Shown here: piece after piece, positions 28,277 through 37,547 of the stretch | How positions within the stretch are numbered: position 1 is the first letter of the stretch | Layout of the letters: the number at the start of each line of letters is the position of its first letter | NCBI GenBank assembly: GCA_001800605.1 | Contig: MGVS01000068.1 | Span: forward strand, 14,028 to 78,027 | Source: Elusimicrobia bacterium RIFOXYD2_FULL_34_15 | Lineage (GTDB): Bacteria; Elusimicrobiota; UBA8919 | DNA: 64,000 nt | Reading direction: 5' to 3' | Position numbers and translations under genes: made by a program | The notes under the pieces: generated by a model | Seen by the model: the letters and a program-made list of their open reading frames with translations, nothing else | Told to the model about the DNA's origin: nothing | Database searches by the model: none

Positions 28277-30004
28277 ATGAATAAAAATGATAAAATATAT
28301 GTTGCGGGACATAAAGGACTAGTGGGTTCTGCGATACTCCGCCGGCTTGAAAAAGACCGTTATAAAAATATCATAACAAAGGAACATGCCGAGCTGGATT
28401 TATGCGATCAGTATCAAGTTAAAGCATTTTTTGAAAGGGAAAAACCTAAATATGTGTTCCTTGCAGCTGCTAAAGTCGGCGGTGTTTTTGCAAACAATAC
28501 TTACCGCGCCGATTATATCTATGAAAACTTGATAATACAAAGTAACGTTATTCATCATTCTTTTTTAAATGAAGTTAGTAAACTTCTCTTTTTAAATTCT
28601 GCTGATGCTTATCCAAAAGACCATCAAAAATGCGCAAAAGAGGAAGATCTGCTAAAAGGCCCTTTGGAACCTACGTGCGAACCTTTCGCCACAGCTAAAA
28701 TTGCGGGAATTAAAATGTGTGAATCTTATAATCGCCAGTACGGGACCGATTTTATAGTAGTTACCGCGCCTAATGTTTACGGACCACACCAGCATTATGA
28801 CATACTCAATGCGCAGGTATTGCCTTCTCTGGTTAAGAAATTTCACGAAGCTAAAATTGCGGGTTCTAAAGAGGTTGTCATCTGGGGATCCGGCGGTGCT
28901 GTAAGAGATTTTTTATTTGTAGATGACCTTGCTGATGCGTGCATCTTTTTGATGAATAATTCTTCCGGCTGTGACTCTTTCAATACGGGAACCGGAAAAG
29001 GCCATACAATCCTTGAGTTAGCTGAAACAATTAAAAAGGTTATAGGATTCAAAGGTAGAATTTTATTTGATAAAACAAAACCAGAAGGCGTCAGCAAAAA
29101 ACTTCTGGACATATCGAAAATACGAAGTTTAGGCTGGAAATCAAAAACTAAACTGGAAGACGGAGTGAAAAACAGTTATAGTTCTTTTTTAGACGAGTTA
29201 GACAAGAAAGAAGTTAGGGTTTCAAAGATATTGAATATAAAAATCTGTGATAAAGATATCATTGCTTTAAACAGACTGAAATCGATTAAAAAAACTATTT
29301 CTGTAAGCGTTCAGCCGGATAATTATAAAAATAAGATTGTTGTAAAACCATGGGGGCATGAATTTTTAGTTTTTGAAAACGAAAAAACAGCGGTTTGGCT
29401 TTTATACATAGAAAAAGGCAACTCAACATCCATGCACTGCCACCCGCAAAAAAAGACATCGCTTATCATTTTATCCGGAAAAGCGATGAGCAATACCTTC
29501 CAATCTAAAAATTATTTGAAGGGCGGGGATACTATTATCATTGAGAAAGGAGTATTTCATTCCACTAAAGTTTTATCCGATAACGGACTTTTCATGTTAG
29601 AGATAGAATCTCCGCCGATTAAGACCGACCTTGTAAGGCTGGAGGACAGATATGGGCGGGAAACTTCCGGCTATGAAGGCATTGCAGAAATGGAAACTAA
29701 AAATCTTACTGAATACGGATATTTCAGTTTTGATGAATCTGATTGTTATAAAAAATATATTAAAGAAACCGAAAGATTTATTGTAAAATTTGAGGTTTTT
29801 CCCGATAATAAAGAATTTCAAAAACATTTTGAAACCAATGAAAACGGACTCTATACATCATGCAGAGGCAAGCTTATGGATAAAGAAAATAATATTGTAC
29901 TAAACCTTGCTGATACTCAAAAAACTTACAGTCTTTCAAATGTAAAAAAAATTCACATTTCCGAAAAAACTGTTCTATTAAAAACCATAACAAAGGATAA
30001 ATAA
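28277..30004 (+). CDS. Fusion protein: N-terminal GDP-L-fucose synthase-like domain (~310 aa) + C-terminal cupin domain
   Basis: 575 aa. N-terminal KIYVAGHKGLVGSAILRRL...EPTCEPFATAKIAGIKMCESYNRQYGTDF is strongly collinear with Fcl. Where E. coli Fcl has SSCIYPK (epimerase Cys) this protein has SADAYPK. The C-terminal PWGHEF...SMHCHPQKKTS matches the cupin G(x)5HxH...E metal-binding motifs. Confidence 0.8.
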   Translation: MNKNDKIYVAGHKGLVGSAILRRLEKDRYKNIITKEHAELDLCDQYQVKAFFEREKPKYVFLAAAKVGGVFANNTYRADYIYENLIIQSNVIHHSFLNEVSKLLFLNSADAYPKDHQKCAKEEDLLKGPLEPTCEPFATAKIAGIKMCESYNRQYGTDFIVVTAPNVYGPHQHYDILNAQVLPSLVKKFHEAKIAGSKEVVIWGSGGAVRDFLFVDDLADACIFLMNNSSGCDSFNTGTGKGHTILELAETIKKVIGFKGRILFDKTKPEGVSKKLLDISKIRSLGWKSKTKLEDGVKNSYSSFLDELDKKEVRVSKILNIKICDKDIIALNRLKSIKKTISVSVQPDNYKNKIVVKPWGHEFLVFENEKTAVWLLYIEKGNSTSMHCHPQKKTSLIILSGKAMSNTFQSKNYLKGGDTIIIEKGVFHSTKVLSDNGLFMLEIESPPIKTDLVRLEDRYGRETSGYEGIAEMETKNLTEYGYFSFDESDCYKKYIKETERFIVKFEVFPDNKEFQKHFETNENGLYTSCRGKLMDKENNIVLNLADTQKTYSLSNVKKIHISEKTVLLKTITKDK

Positions 30005-31549
30005 ATGTTAGATCTTCAAAATATTGCGATTGTCATATCCGAAAAGGATAATGTAGCTGTCGCAAAAACAAATATAAAAAAAGGCGTTATCGTCAAATAT
30101 GTAAGCGATACCTTTAAAATTTTAAATAATATTTCAAAAGGATTCAGATTTTCTATAAAAGACATTAAGAAAAACGAATTGGTTAAACAATATGGATATC
30201 CATTCGGAATATCCAAAGGTATAAAAAAGGGACAATTAATCAGTGCGGATAACGTCAAAGAATATTTTGTTAATTACAATAAAGTAATTAAACCTTCTCA
30301 AATAAATAAATATCAACACAAAAAAAATATTTTAAACAAAACCTTCAAAGGTTATGTAAGATCTAACGGGCAAGTAGGGACAAGAAATTATTATCTTATA
30401 GTACCTACATCCATGTGCGCAAGCGATGTCACTTCTAAAATTGCAAATTCTTTAGATAATGACAAATTATTAAAAAGTAAATATAAAAATATTGACGGAT
30501 TTGTAGCAGCCGCCCACACCGAAGGATGCGGTTGTAATGACGGCGATATCATAAACAGATTAATGCTAACCCTAAAAAACACAATCATTCATCCTAATGT
30601 TGGAGGAGCATTAATTGTTGATTTAGGTTGTGAGAAAACAAATAAATCGGTTATTTCTAAATATTTAGGAAATCTAAATAAATATAAAAAACCTATAGAC
30701 TTTATTACTATTCAGGATTTAGGCGGTACAGGTAAAGCAATAACATCAGGTCAAAATATAATTCTTAGCAGACTAAGTAAAGTTAATAACTTTTATAGGC
30801 AAGAAGTTGCTTTAAAACATCTTAAAATAGGGACTGAATGTGGCGCGTCTGATTCATTCTCCGGTATTACAGCAAATCCTTTAATCGGAAATACTGTAGA
30901 CAAAATAATCGATTTGGGCGGTTCAGCGATATTATCAGAAATCCCTGAGATGATAGGTGCAGAAGCAAACCTGATACAAAGAATGTTAAATAATCAAACC
31001 GTTAAAAAATTTAAAAACGGTATAAATTATTATAAAAATTTAGCCAGAACATTAAACGTATCAATGGACGGAAATCTTGTGGACGCCAATAAAAAAGGCG
31101 GATTGATAACCGTAACCTTAAAAAGTTTGGGAGCAATATTGAAAGGCGGTAGTTCAGAAGTTGTCGATTTTCTCGATTATGCAGAACTAATAAAAAAACA
31201 CGGTTTAAATATAATGAACGGACCAGGTAATGATTTAGAATCTATGACGGGTATAGTTGCTTCCGGAGCAAATCTAATCCTATTTTCTACAGGCTTGGGT
31301 GCTACTGAAGGAAGTTTAACTGCTCCTGTAATAAGAATTACTTCAACAACTGAACTTTATAATAAAATACCGGATGATATGGATTTCAACGCGGGTCGCC
31401 TGCTTGATGATAATAATACATCTTTAGACAAGTTAAGCAATGAACTCCTTGATTTAGTAATTGCTATTGCTTCAGGTCAGCGGTCTTGTTCAGAAGTCTG
31501 GAAAAAAAGGTCGTTCCAGATATGGACAGCCGGTAAATTATCTTTATGA
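30005..31549 (+). CDS. UxaA-family sugar-acid dehydratase (altronate/galactarate dehydratase-like; SAF + GD_AH_C domains)
   Basis: 514 aa. N-terminal SAF-like IAIVISEKDNVAVAKTNIKKG. AAAHTEGCGCNDGD cysteine cluster as in UxaA. Confidence 0.7.
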   Translation: MLDLQNIAIVISEKDNVAVAKTNIKKGVIVKYVSDTFKILNNISKGFRFSIKDIKKNELVKQYGYPFGISKGIKKGQLISADNVKEYFVNYNKVIKPSQINKYQHKKNILNKTFKGYVRSNGQVGTRNYYLIVPTSMCASDVTSKIANSLDNDKLLKSKYKNIDGFVAAAHTEGCGCNDGDIINRLMLTLKNTIIHPNVGGALIVDLGCEKTNKSVISKYLGNLNKYKKPIDFITIQDLGGTGKAITSGQNIILSRLSKVNNFYRQEVALKHLKIGTECGASDSFSGITANPLIGNTVDKIIDLGGSAILSEIPEMIGAEANLIQRMLNNQTVKKFKNGINYYKNLARTLNVSMDGNLVDANKKGGLITVTLKSLGAILKGGSSEVVDFLDYAELIKKHGLNIMNGPGNDLESMTGIVASGANLILFSTGLGATEGSLTAPVIRITSTTELYNKIPDDMDFNAGRLLDDNNTSLDKLSNELLDLVIAIASGQRSCSEVWKKRSFQIWTAGKLSL

Positions 31550-31604
31550 ATGCACAGGGTCTGATAAACACAAATAAAAGGGACAATAATCTTTATTTAT
31601 TTAA

Positions 31605-32237
31605 ATGAAAAAATATAAAGCTGTATTATTTGATTTTGACGGGGTTATCGGTAAAACAATGGATGACAATTATAATGCCTGGAGATATGCACTTTCAAAA
31701 TATAATATAGATATTACTAAAAATGAATATTTTCAATTAGAAGGTATGAGCACTACAAAAACTGCTGAATATTTTTTAAGTGAAAACTCTAAAAGTATCC
31801 GTAAAGCGAAAGAAGTAGTCGAAGATAAAGAAGATTATTTTTTAAAAAACAACAAATTTTCCGTCTATACTGATGTTAAATCTTTGCTTCCTTATTTAAA
31901 AAAGAAGGGTTATTCACTCGGATTAGTATCCGGCGGTTCTTTTAAAAGAATTGCTAAATCTTTAAGTAATAAATTACTCAAGTACTTTGACGTTGTTTTA
32001 ACGAGCGATAGAGTAAAAAAATGCAAACCGCATCCCGAACCTTATTTGACAGCGGCAAAAATGCTTTCAGTAAAACCTTATTATTGTTTAGCTGTAGAAA
32101 ATGCACCTTTAGGCATCGAATCGGCAAAAAGGGCTAAAATGGATTGCATAGCAATAACTTCAACTTTGGATAAAAAATATTTAAAAAAAGCAGATAAAAT
32201 AATAAAAAAACTGGGAGAACTTCGTAGAATACTTTAA
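31605..32237 (+). CDS. HAD-superfamily (subfamily IA) phosphatase/phosphomutase
   Basis: 210 aa. VLFDFDGVIGKT motif I (DxD). GLVSGGS motif. Confidence 0.8.
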   Translation: MKKYKAVLFDFDGVIGKTMDDNYNAWRYALSKYNIDITKNEYFQLEGMSTTKTAEYFLSENSKSIRKAKEVVEDKEDYFLKNNKFSVYTDVKSLLPYLKKKGYSLGLVSGGSFKRIAKSLSNKLLKYFDVVLTSDRVKKCKPHPEPYLTAAKMLSVKPYYCLAVENAPLGIESAKRAKMDCIAITSTLDKKYLKKADKIIKKLGELRRIL

Positions 32238-32238
32238 T

Positions 32239-33231
32239 ATGGCAGAAAACAACAATTATCTGAATAATAAAACTATCTTCTTAGCAGGTGCAACCGGTTC
32301 TGTAGGCAGCGCAATTATACAATATATAATTGACAATTATCCGTCAACAAAAATCCGGGCTGCTTATAGAAAAACAAAACCTTTTATCGAACACGAACGC
32401 ATTGAATATATAAAAGGTGATTTACGGCTAATAGAAGATTGTAGAAAAATAGCAAATGGATGCGATTGCGCTATAATGGCTGCTTCTCATTCCGGCGGTT
32501 CAAAAGTAATGACATCGGAACCATGGACGTTTTTAAATGACAATATAATAATGAATACGCAGATGTTAGAAGCATTCTTTCGGGAAAACGTTAAACGTGT
32601 TTTATATATCGGCACTTCGACAGTATACCAGGAATTTGAAGGTTATATCAAAGAAAATGAGCTGGACTTTAACAAAGAACCCAATTCCGCATATTTCGGG
32701 GTCGGCTGGATATCAAGATTTATTGAAAAACTATGCGAGTTCTGGCATATGAAAACCGGTATGGAAACGATGATGGTCAGGGCATCTAACATTTTCGGGC
32801 CATATTCAAGCTTTGATCCTTCATCATCTTATTTTGTACCGGCAATTATAAGAAAAGCAGAGAGCAAAATGGATCCTTTTGAAGTTTGGGGCAGTCCTGA
32901 TGTAACAAGGGATGTTATTTATTCGGAAGATTTTGCATCGGCAATTACTACGATCCTTAGTGCTGATAATTTAAAATTTGAAGTTTTTAATGTCGGTTCC
33001 GGAACAAAAACAACCGTCGGAGATGTGGTTAATTATTCAATTAAATATGCAGATTATAAACCTTCAAAAATAAATTATGATTTAAGTAAACCGACTACAA
33101 TTAAATTTAGGGCATTGGATATTTCAAAAGCGAAAAAAATATTGAATTGGCAGCCAAAGTATTCTACAGGAGACGGCATCAAAAAAACCATGGACTGGTG
33201 GATAAAAAATAAGGGAAACTGGAAAAAATGA
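32239..33231 (+). CDS. NAD-dependent epimerase/dehydratase family protein
   Basis: 330 aa. FLAGATGSVGSAI Rossmann motif. SDR-extended fold. Confidence 0.7.
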   Translation: MAENNNYLNNKTIFLAGATGSVGSAIIQYIIDNYPSTKIRAAYRKTKPFIEHERIEYIKGDLRLIEDCRKIANGCDCAIMAASHSGGSKVMTSEPWTFLNDNIIMNTQMLEAFFRENVKRVLYIGTSTVYQEFEGYIKENELDFNKEPNSAYFGVGWISRFIEKLCEFWHMKTGMETMMVRASNIFGPYSSFDPSSSYFVPAIIRKAESKMDPFEVWGSPDVTRDVIYSEDFASAITTILSADNLKFEVFNVGSGTKTTVGDVVNYSIKYADYKPSKINYDLSKPTTIKFRALDISKAKKILNWQPKYSTGDGIKKTMDWWIKNKGNWKK

Positions 33232-34187
33232 AAAAGAAAATTTTAATTTGCGGAAGTACAGGTCTATTAGGCAGGAACGTGGCCGAATCATTTGCAGAAA
33301 ATGACGATTTTGAAGTTTACGGAACTTATCTAAAATCCAAACCTTTAGATAATCCTAAAATCAAAATGATAAAAGCAGATCTTACAGATAAAAATGACGT
33401 AAACAACGTAATAAAGGGAATGGATATCATTATTCAGGCAGCTGCAACAACTTCCGGTGTAAAAGATATTCTCTCAAAACCATATTACCATGTTACGGAT
33501 AATACCATAATGAACGCGCTTATATTCAGGGCAGCGTTTGACCACAAAGTATCTCATTTATTATTTTTAAGCTGTACCGTAATGTATCAATCAAGCGATA
33601 AACCGCTCAAAGAAACAGATTTTGACGCTAATAAAGAAATGTACCCAAGTTATTTTGGCGGAGCATGGATGAAAGTTTACAACGAAAAAATGTGCGAGTT
33701 CTATTCCAGGATAGGAACAACTAAATTTACCGTTGTCAGACATTCCAATATCTACGGACCATACGACAAATACGACCTGGAAAGATCCCATGTTTTTGGA
33801 GCTACCATTACCAAAGTTATGACAACAAAGGATGGAGGAAAAATTAAGGTCTGGGGAGAAGGAACCGAAGAAAGAGATTTGATGCACGTTGACGATGTTG
33901 TCGATTTTATAAAACTTGCACTTAGTAAGCAGACAAGTAAATTTGAACTTTTTAACGCCGGATGCGGTAGTTCTATCTCCGTGAGCAATCTTATTAAAAA
34001 AATTATTCAAATTTCCGGTAAAAATATATCCATTGAATATGACCTTACAAAACCAACGGTAAAAACTAAAGTATGTCTTGATTCCACAAAAGCAAAAAAT
34101 ATGCTCGGATGGGAATCAAAAATTTCACTGGATGAAGGTATTAAAAAAACCATAGACTGGTATAAGAATAATTTTAAAGTGATATAA
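33228..34187 (+). CDS. NAD-dependent epimerase/dehydratase family protein
   Basis: 319 aa. ILICGSTGLLGRNV Rossmann motif. 4-nt overlap with the upstream gene. Confidence 0.7.
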   Translation: MKKKILICGSTGLLGRNVAESFAENDDFEVYGTYLKSKPLDNPKIKMIKADLTDKNDVNNVIKGMDIIIQAAATTSGVKDILSKPYYHVTDNTIMNALIFRAAFDHKVSHLLFLSCTVMYQSSDKPLKETDFDANKEMYPSYFGGAWMKVYNEKMCEFYSRIGTTKFTVVRHSNIYGPYDKYDLERSHVFGATITKVMTTKDGGKIKVWGEGTEERDLMHVDDVVDFIKLALSKQTSKFELFNAGCGSSISVSNLIKKIIQISGKNISIEYDLTKPTVKTKVCLDSTKAKNMLGWESKISLDEGIKKTIDWYKNNFKVI

Positions 34188-34191
34188 CTAT

Positions 34192-34785
34192 TTGGTTATG
34201 AATAAAATGAAATTAAAAAAACGGGATTCCAATAAATTCTGGAAAGTACTCTCGGAAAAAAAAGTTTTTGAATTTAAAAATAGATTTTCCGTTTCTATCC
34301 AAAAAGTTAAATTACCTGATGGAAGAATAATAAATGATTACCATCACATGGAATTCGCAGAATCCGCAGTAATTGTTGCGCGTACCGATAAAAGCAATAT
34401 ACTATTTTCAAGACAATATTTACACGGACCTGATGCCATAAGCTTTGTATTACCCGGAGGTAAAATAGAAAATAATGAAAAACCTTTGGTAGCAGCTAAA
34501 AGAGAATTGCTTGAAGAAACCGGATATGTTTCAAATAAATGGAAATTTCTCGGTGATTTTGTATTGCATATAAACTACGGCTGCGGAAGAGTGCATTTTT
34601 ATTTTGCCGATGATGTTAAAAAAACAGCTCCGCCAAAATCCGGTGACCTTGAAGAAATGGAAATATTGCAATTATCCGAACAGCAAATTATTAAAGCTTT
34701 GAAAAAAGGGAATATTCTTTGTCTAGCCAGCATTTCAGCTTTGATGCTGGGAAAAGTATTTATCAGCAAAGGTGAATTATGTTAA
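34192..34785 (+). CDS. NUDIX hydrolase
   Basis: 197 aa. Nudix box PGGKIENNEKPLVAAKRELLEETGY (Gx5Ex7REUxEExGU). Confidence 0.85.
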   Translation: MVMNKMKLKKRDSNKFWKVLSEKKVFEFKNRFSVSIQKVKLPDGRIINDYHHMEFAESAVIVARTDKSNILFSRQYLHGPDAISFVLPGGKIENNEKPLVAAKRELLEETGYVSNKWKFLGDFVLHINYGCGRVHFYFADDVKKTAPPKSGDLEEMEILQLSEQQIIKALKKGNILCLASISALMLGKVFISKGELC

Positions 34786-36104
34786 AAATCGGTTTTATTT
34801 TTCCAAGCAGTGAATATCTGCACGACCCTTTCAGGGGTGACCCGCATACACATTTTCAAATATTGACCGTTTTAGAATCTCATTTCGGTAAAAAAGTTGA
34901 CCTTTCATTGATTGATTTAAGGGGTATTAAAAAAGAGTTTGCAATATATCATATACCCGAATGCGATGTTTATCTTCATTCAATTTACACTCTTGATTAT
35001 GCAGAGCAAGAATCGATTGTAAGTAATTTGCGTGCACGTTATCCAAAGGCCAAGCATATTGCAGGCGGGCCGCACGCCGCAGTTTTTCAGAAAAAAAGTT
35101 TAAAAGTATTTGATGCACTAATTCTCGGAGATGGAGAAGAATCGATTATTAAAGCAATTCAGGATATTTTGAAGTCAAAACTTAAAAAGATTTATGAACA
35201 AAACAAAATAATAGATATAAACCGCTATCCGTATCCAAGCAGAAAATATTTGCCGGAATCTACCATAGCCAGAAAGGGATTGATATCTTTAAAAGATACA
35301 AGGGGTTACGAAGATTTGTTAAGTACTACCGTTATTTTTAGCAGAGGTTGTCCCTATAACTGTGCCTTCTGTGCAATGCCGCAAATAAAAAAATATAATC
35401 CGCAAGTACGTTATAAACACCCTCATCTTGTTGAAGAAGAAATTGAATATTTAAAACGGGACTACGGTATAAAAGCTATCAGCCTACTCGACGAAATCGC
35501 TATACCGCCCAACCCTAAAAAAGCTATTCCTTATTTAGAAGCTATCGGCAGGACAGGAATAATATGGAAAGCGCAGTGCAGAGTTGACAGCATTACTCCT
35601 GAAATAGCAAAATTACTGAAGAAAACCGGTTGTGTAATCATGTGCTTTGGAATTGAGAGCGTTTGTCAAAATTCGTTAGATATTATAAATAAAAAGATTA
35701 ACATTGAAAGAACAAAAGAATCAATAAAACTTATGAAACAAAACGGCATTGAATGCAGAGTATATATGATTATCGGCCTTCCAAATGAACCCGAAGATAT
35801 AGTTGAGCAAACATGGTCGTTCATTAAAGAAACTGCGCCTGATTTAGTTTATTTATGCCTGTTAACCATAAGACCCGGGACTGTAATGTACAATAATCCG
35901 GAAAAATTTGGGATTAAAAATATAACAAACGACTGGTCAAAAACAATGCATATGTATAGCCGGTATGATAGTGAAATGCCAAGCCTGACATTTGAATACG
36001 AAAAAAATACACCTTGGGGAAAGGGAACAAGCCAGGAAAAGATAATAAAAAACTATTTAGAATTGCAGAGAAGATTAAAAGAAGCTAACCTGGCTATCAG
36101 ATAA
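34779..36104 (+). CDS. B12-binding domain radical SAM enzyme
   Basis: 441 aa. AGGPHAA and ILGDGEES B12-domain motifs. CPYNCAFC radical-SAM motif. Confidence 0.85.
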   Translation: MLKIGFIFPSSEYLHDPFRGDPHTHFQILTVLESHFGKKVDLSLIDLRGIKKEFAIYHIPECDVYLHSIYTLDYAEQESIVSNLRARYPKAKHIAGGPHAAVFQKKSLKVFDALILGDGEESIIKAIQDILKSKLKKIYEQNKIIDINRYPYPSRKYLPESTIARKGLISLKDTRGYEDLLSTTVIFSRGCPYNCAFCAMPQIKKYNPQVRYKHPHLVEEEIEYLKRDYGIKAISLLDEIAIPPNPKKAIPYLEAIGRTGIIWKAQCRVDSITPEIAKLLKKTGCVIMCFGIESVCQNSLDIINKKINIERTKESIKLMKQNGIECRVYMIIGLPNEPEDIVEQTWSFIKETAPDLVYLCLLTIRPGTVMYNNPEKFGIKNITNDWSKTMHMYSRYDSEMPSLTFEYEKNTPWGKGTSQEKIIKNYLELQRRLKEANLAIR

Positions 36105-36105
36105 A

Positions 36106-37518
36106 ATGAAAATACTTTTAGTTAATCCTCCGGTACCTGAAACATATTATAACAGGGAATTTTATGTTCCTTCAGGCCTATTATATTTGGCCTCCGTTTT
36201 GAAGAAAAACGGAGAAGAAGTAAAACTGCTAGATTTGAAATGCCCAAAATATGAATCTAAAATTAATCGGCACAAACATTTTGAAGAAATATTGATTGAT
36301 ACAGTCGCTTCTTATAAACCGTATATTATCGGTTTTGGGTGTTTATTTTCCGGTAATTTTCCTGACGTTTTAAAATTCACGGAGACAACGAAAAAAGCCT
36401 TCAGCAATATTCCGATTATTATCGGCGGAATTCATCCGACCATCTATCCGGAAAAAATTCTGGGTAACTGCCCGTCTATTGATTGGCTTATTTTGGGTGA
36501 AGGAGAACAAGCTATAGTGCAATTGATTAATACTATTAAGAATAAATCATTCGAGTTTGATAAAATTGACGGTTTTGCATACAGAAATAACGGCAAAATA
36601 TTCGTCAATCCTAAAAAATGTTTTATTGAAAATATTGATACTATACCTTTCCCTGCATACGATATTATAGATTTGAAAGATTATTATATTGATACTTCTG
36701 ACTGGTACAATCCAAAAAATCTTCCTATAAACACATCCATCCCGATTATTTCCAGCAGGAGCTGTCCAAACAGATGCAACTTTTGTTCTATGTATACCGT
36801 TATGGGACCGAGGTGGAGGGCAAGAACTCCCAAAAATGTAGTTGATGAAATAGAATTAGTTTATAAAAAATTTAAACTGCAGCATTTCTCAATTATGGAT
36901 GATAATTTTTCATTAAATAAAAAACGCGTGCTTGAAATTTGCAGTATGATAAAAGAAAGAAAATTAGATATCCTATTTGAAACTCCTAACGGACTTTCAA
37001 TAAATACTTTAGATGAAGAAGTGCTGGATGCATTGGTTTCTACCGGTTTAACAAGGGTTTCTTTAGCAATAGAAAGCGGTTCCGACTTCATACGCAATAA
37101 AGTAATGGGTAAACACCTTAGCAGGGAGAAAATATTCGAAATAATAAATATTACAAGAAAATATAAGGATTTATATGTCAAAGCCTTTTTTGTAATAGGT
37201 ATGCCTGAAGAGACCAGTGAAACATTAATGGAAACTTATAATCTGATAAAAGAAATAAATGTAGACAGAATATACTTGCATAATATTATACCTTTTCCCG
37301 GGACAAAAGTATTTGAACAGGCTTTAAGGGATAATCTCTTTATAGATATTAATCCAAATGAATTTTATAAATCCGACGATTTGTATATAACAAATTTTAA
37401 CCGTTTTTTTATTAAACCATATAAACTGACTTTGAAAGATTTACAAGAGTTCAGAAGTAAATGTGAAATATTAATCAATGAACTAAAAACAAATAGGATT
37501 GGATCTGTAATAAAATAA
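36106..37518 (+). CDS. B12-binding domain radical SAM enzyme
   Basis: 470 aa. IGGIHPT and ILGEGEQA B12-domain motifs. CPNRCNFC radical-SAM motif. Confidence 0.85.
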   Translation: MKILLVNPPVPETYYNREFYVPSGLLYLASVLKKNGEEVKLLDLKCPKYESKINRHKHFEEILIDTVASYKPYIIGFGCLFSGNFPDVLKFTETTKKAFSNIPIIIGGIHPTIYPEKILGNCPSIDWLILGEGEQAIVQLINTIKNKSFEFDKIDGFAYRNNGKIFVNPKKCFIENIDTIPFPAYDIIDLKDYYIDTSDWYNPKNLPINTSIPIISSRSCPNRCNFCSMYTVMGPRWRARTPKNVVDEIELVYKKFKLQHFSIMDDNFSLNKKRVLEICSMIKERKLDILFETPNGLSINTLDEEVLDALVSTGLTRVSLAIESGSDFIRNKVMGKHLSREKIFEIINITRKYKDLYVKAFFVIGMPEETSETLMETYNLIKEINVDRIYLHNIIPFPGTKVFEQALRDNLFIDINPNEFYKSDDLYITNFNRFFIKPYKLTLKDLQEFRSKCEILINELKTNRIGSVIK

Positions 37519-37547
37519 TGATGTTAGGGCAGAGAGGAGATAAGTTT

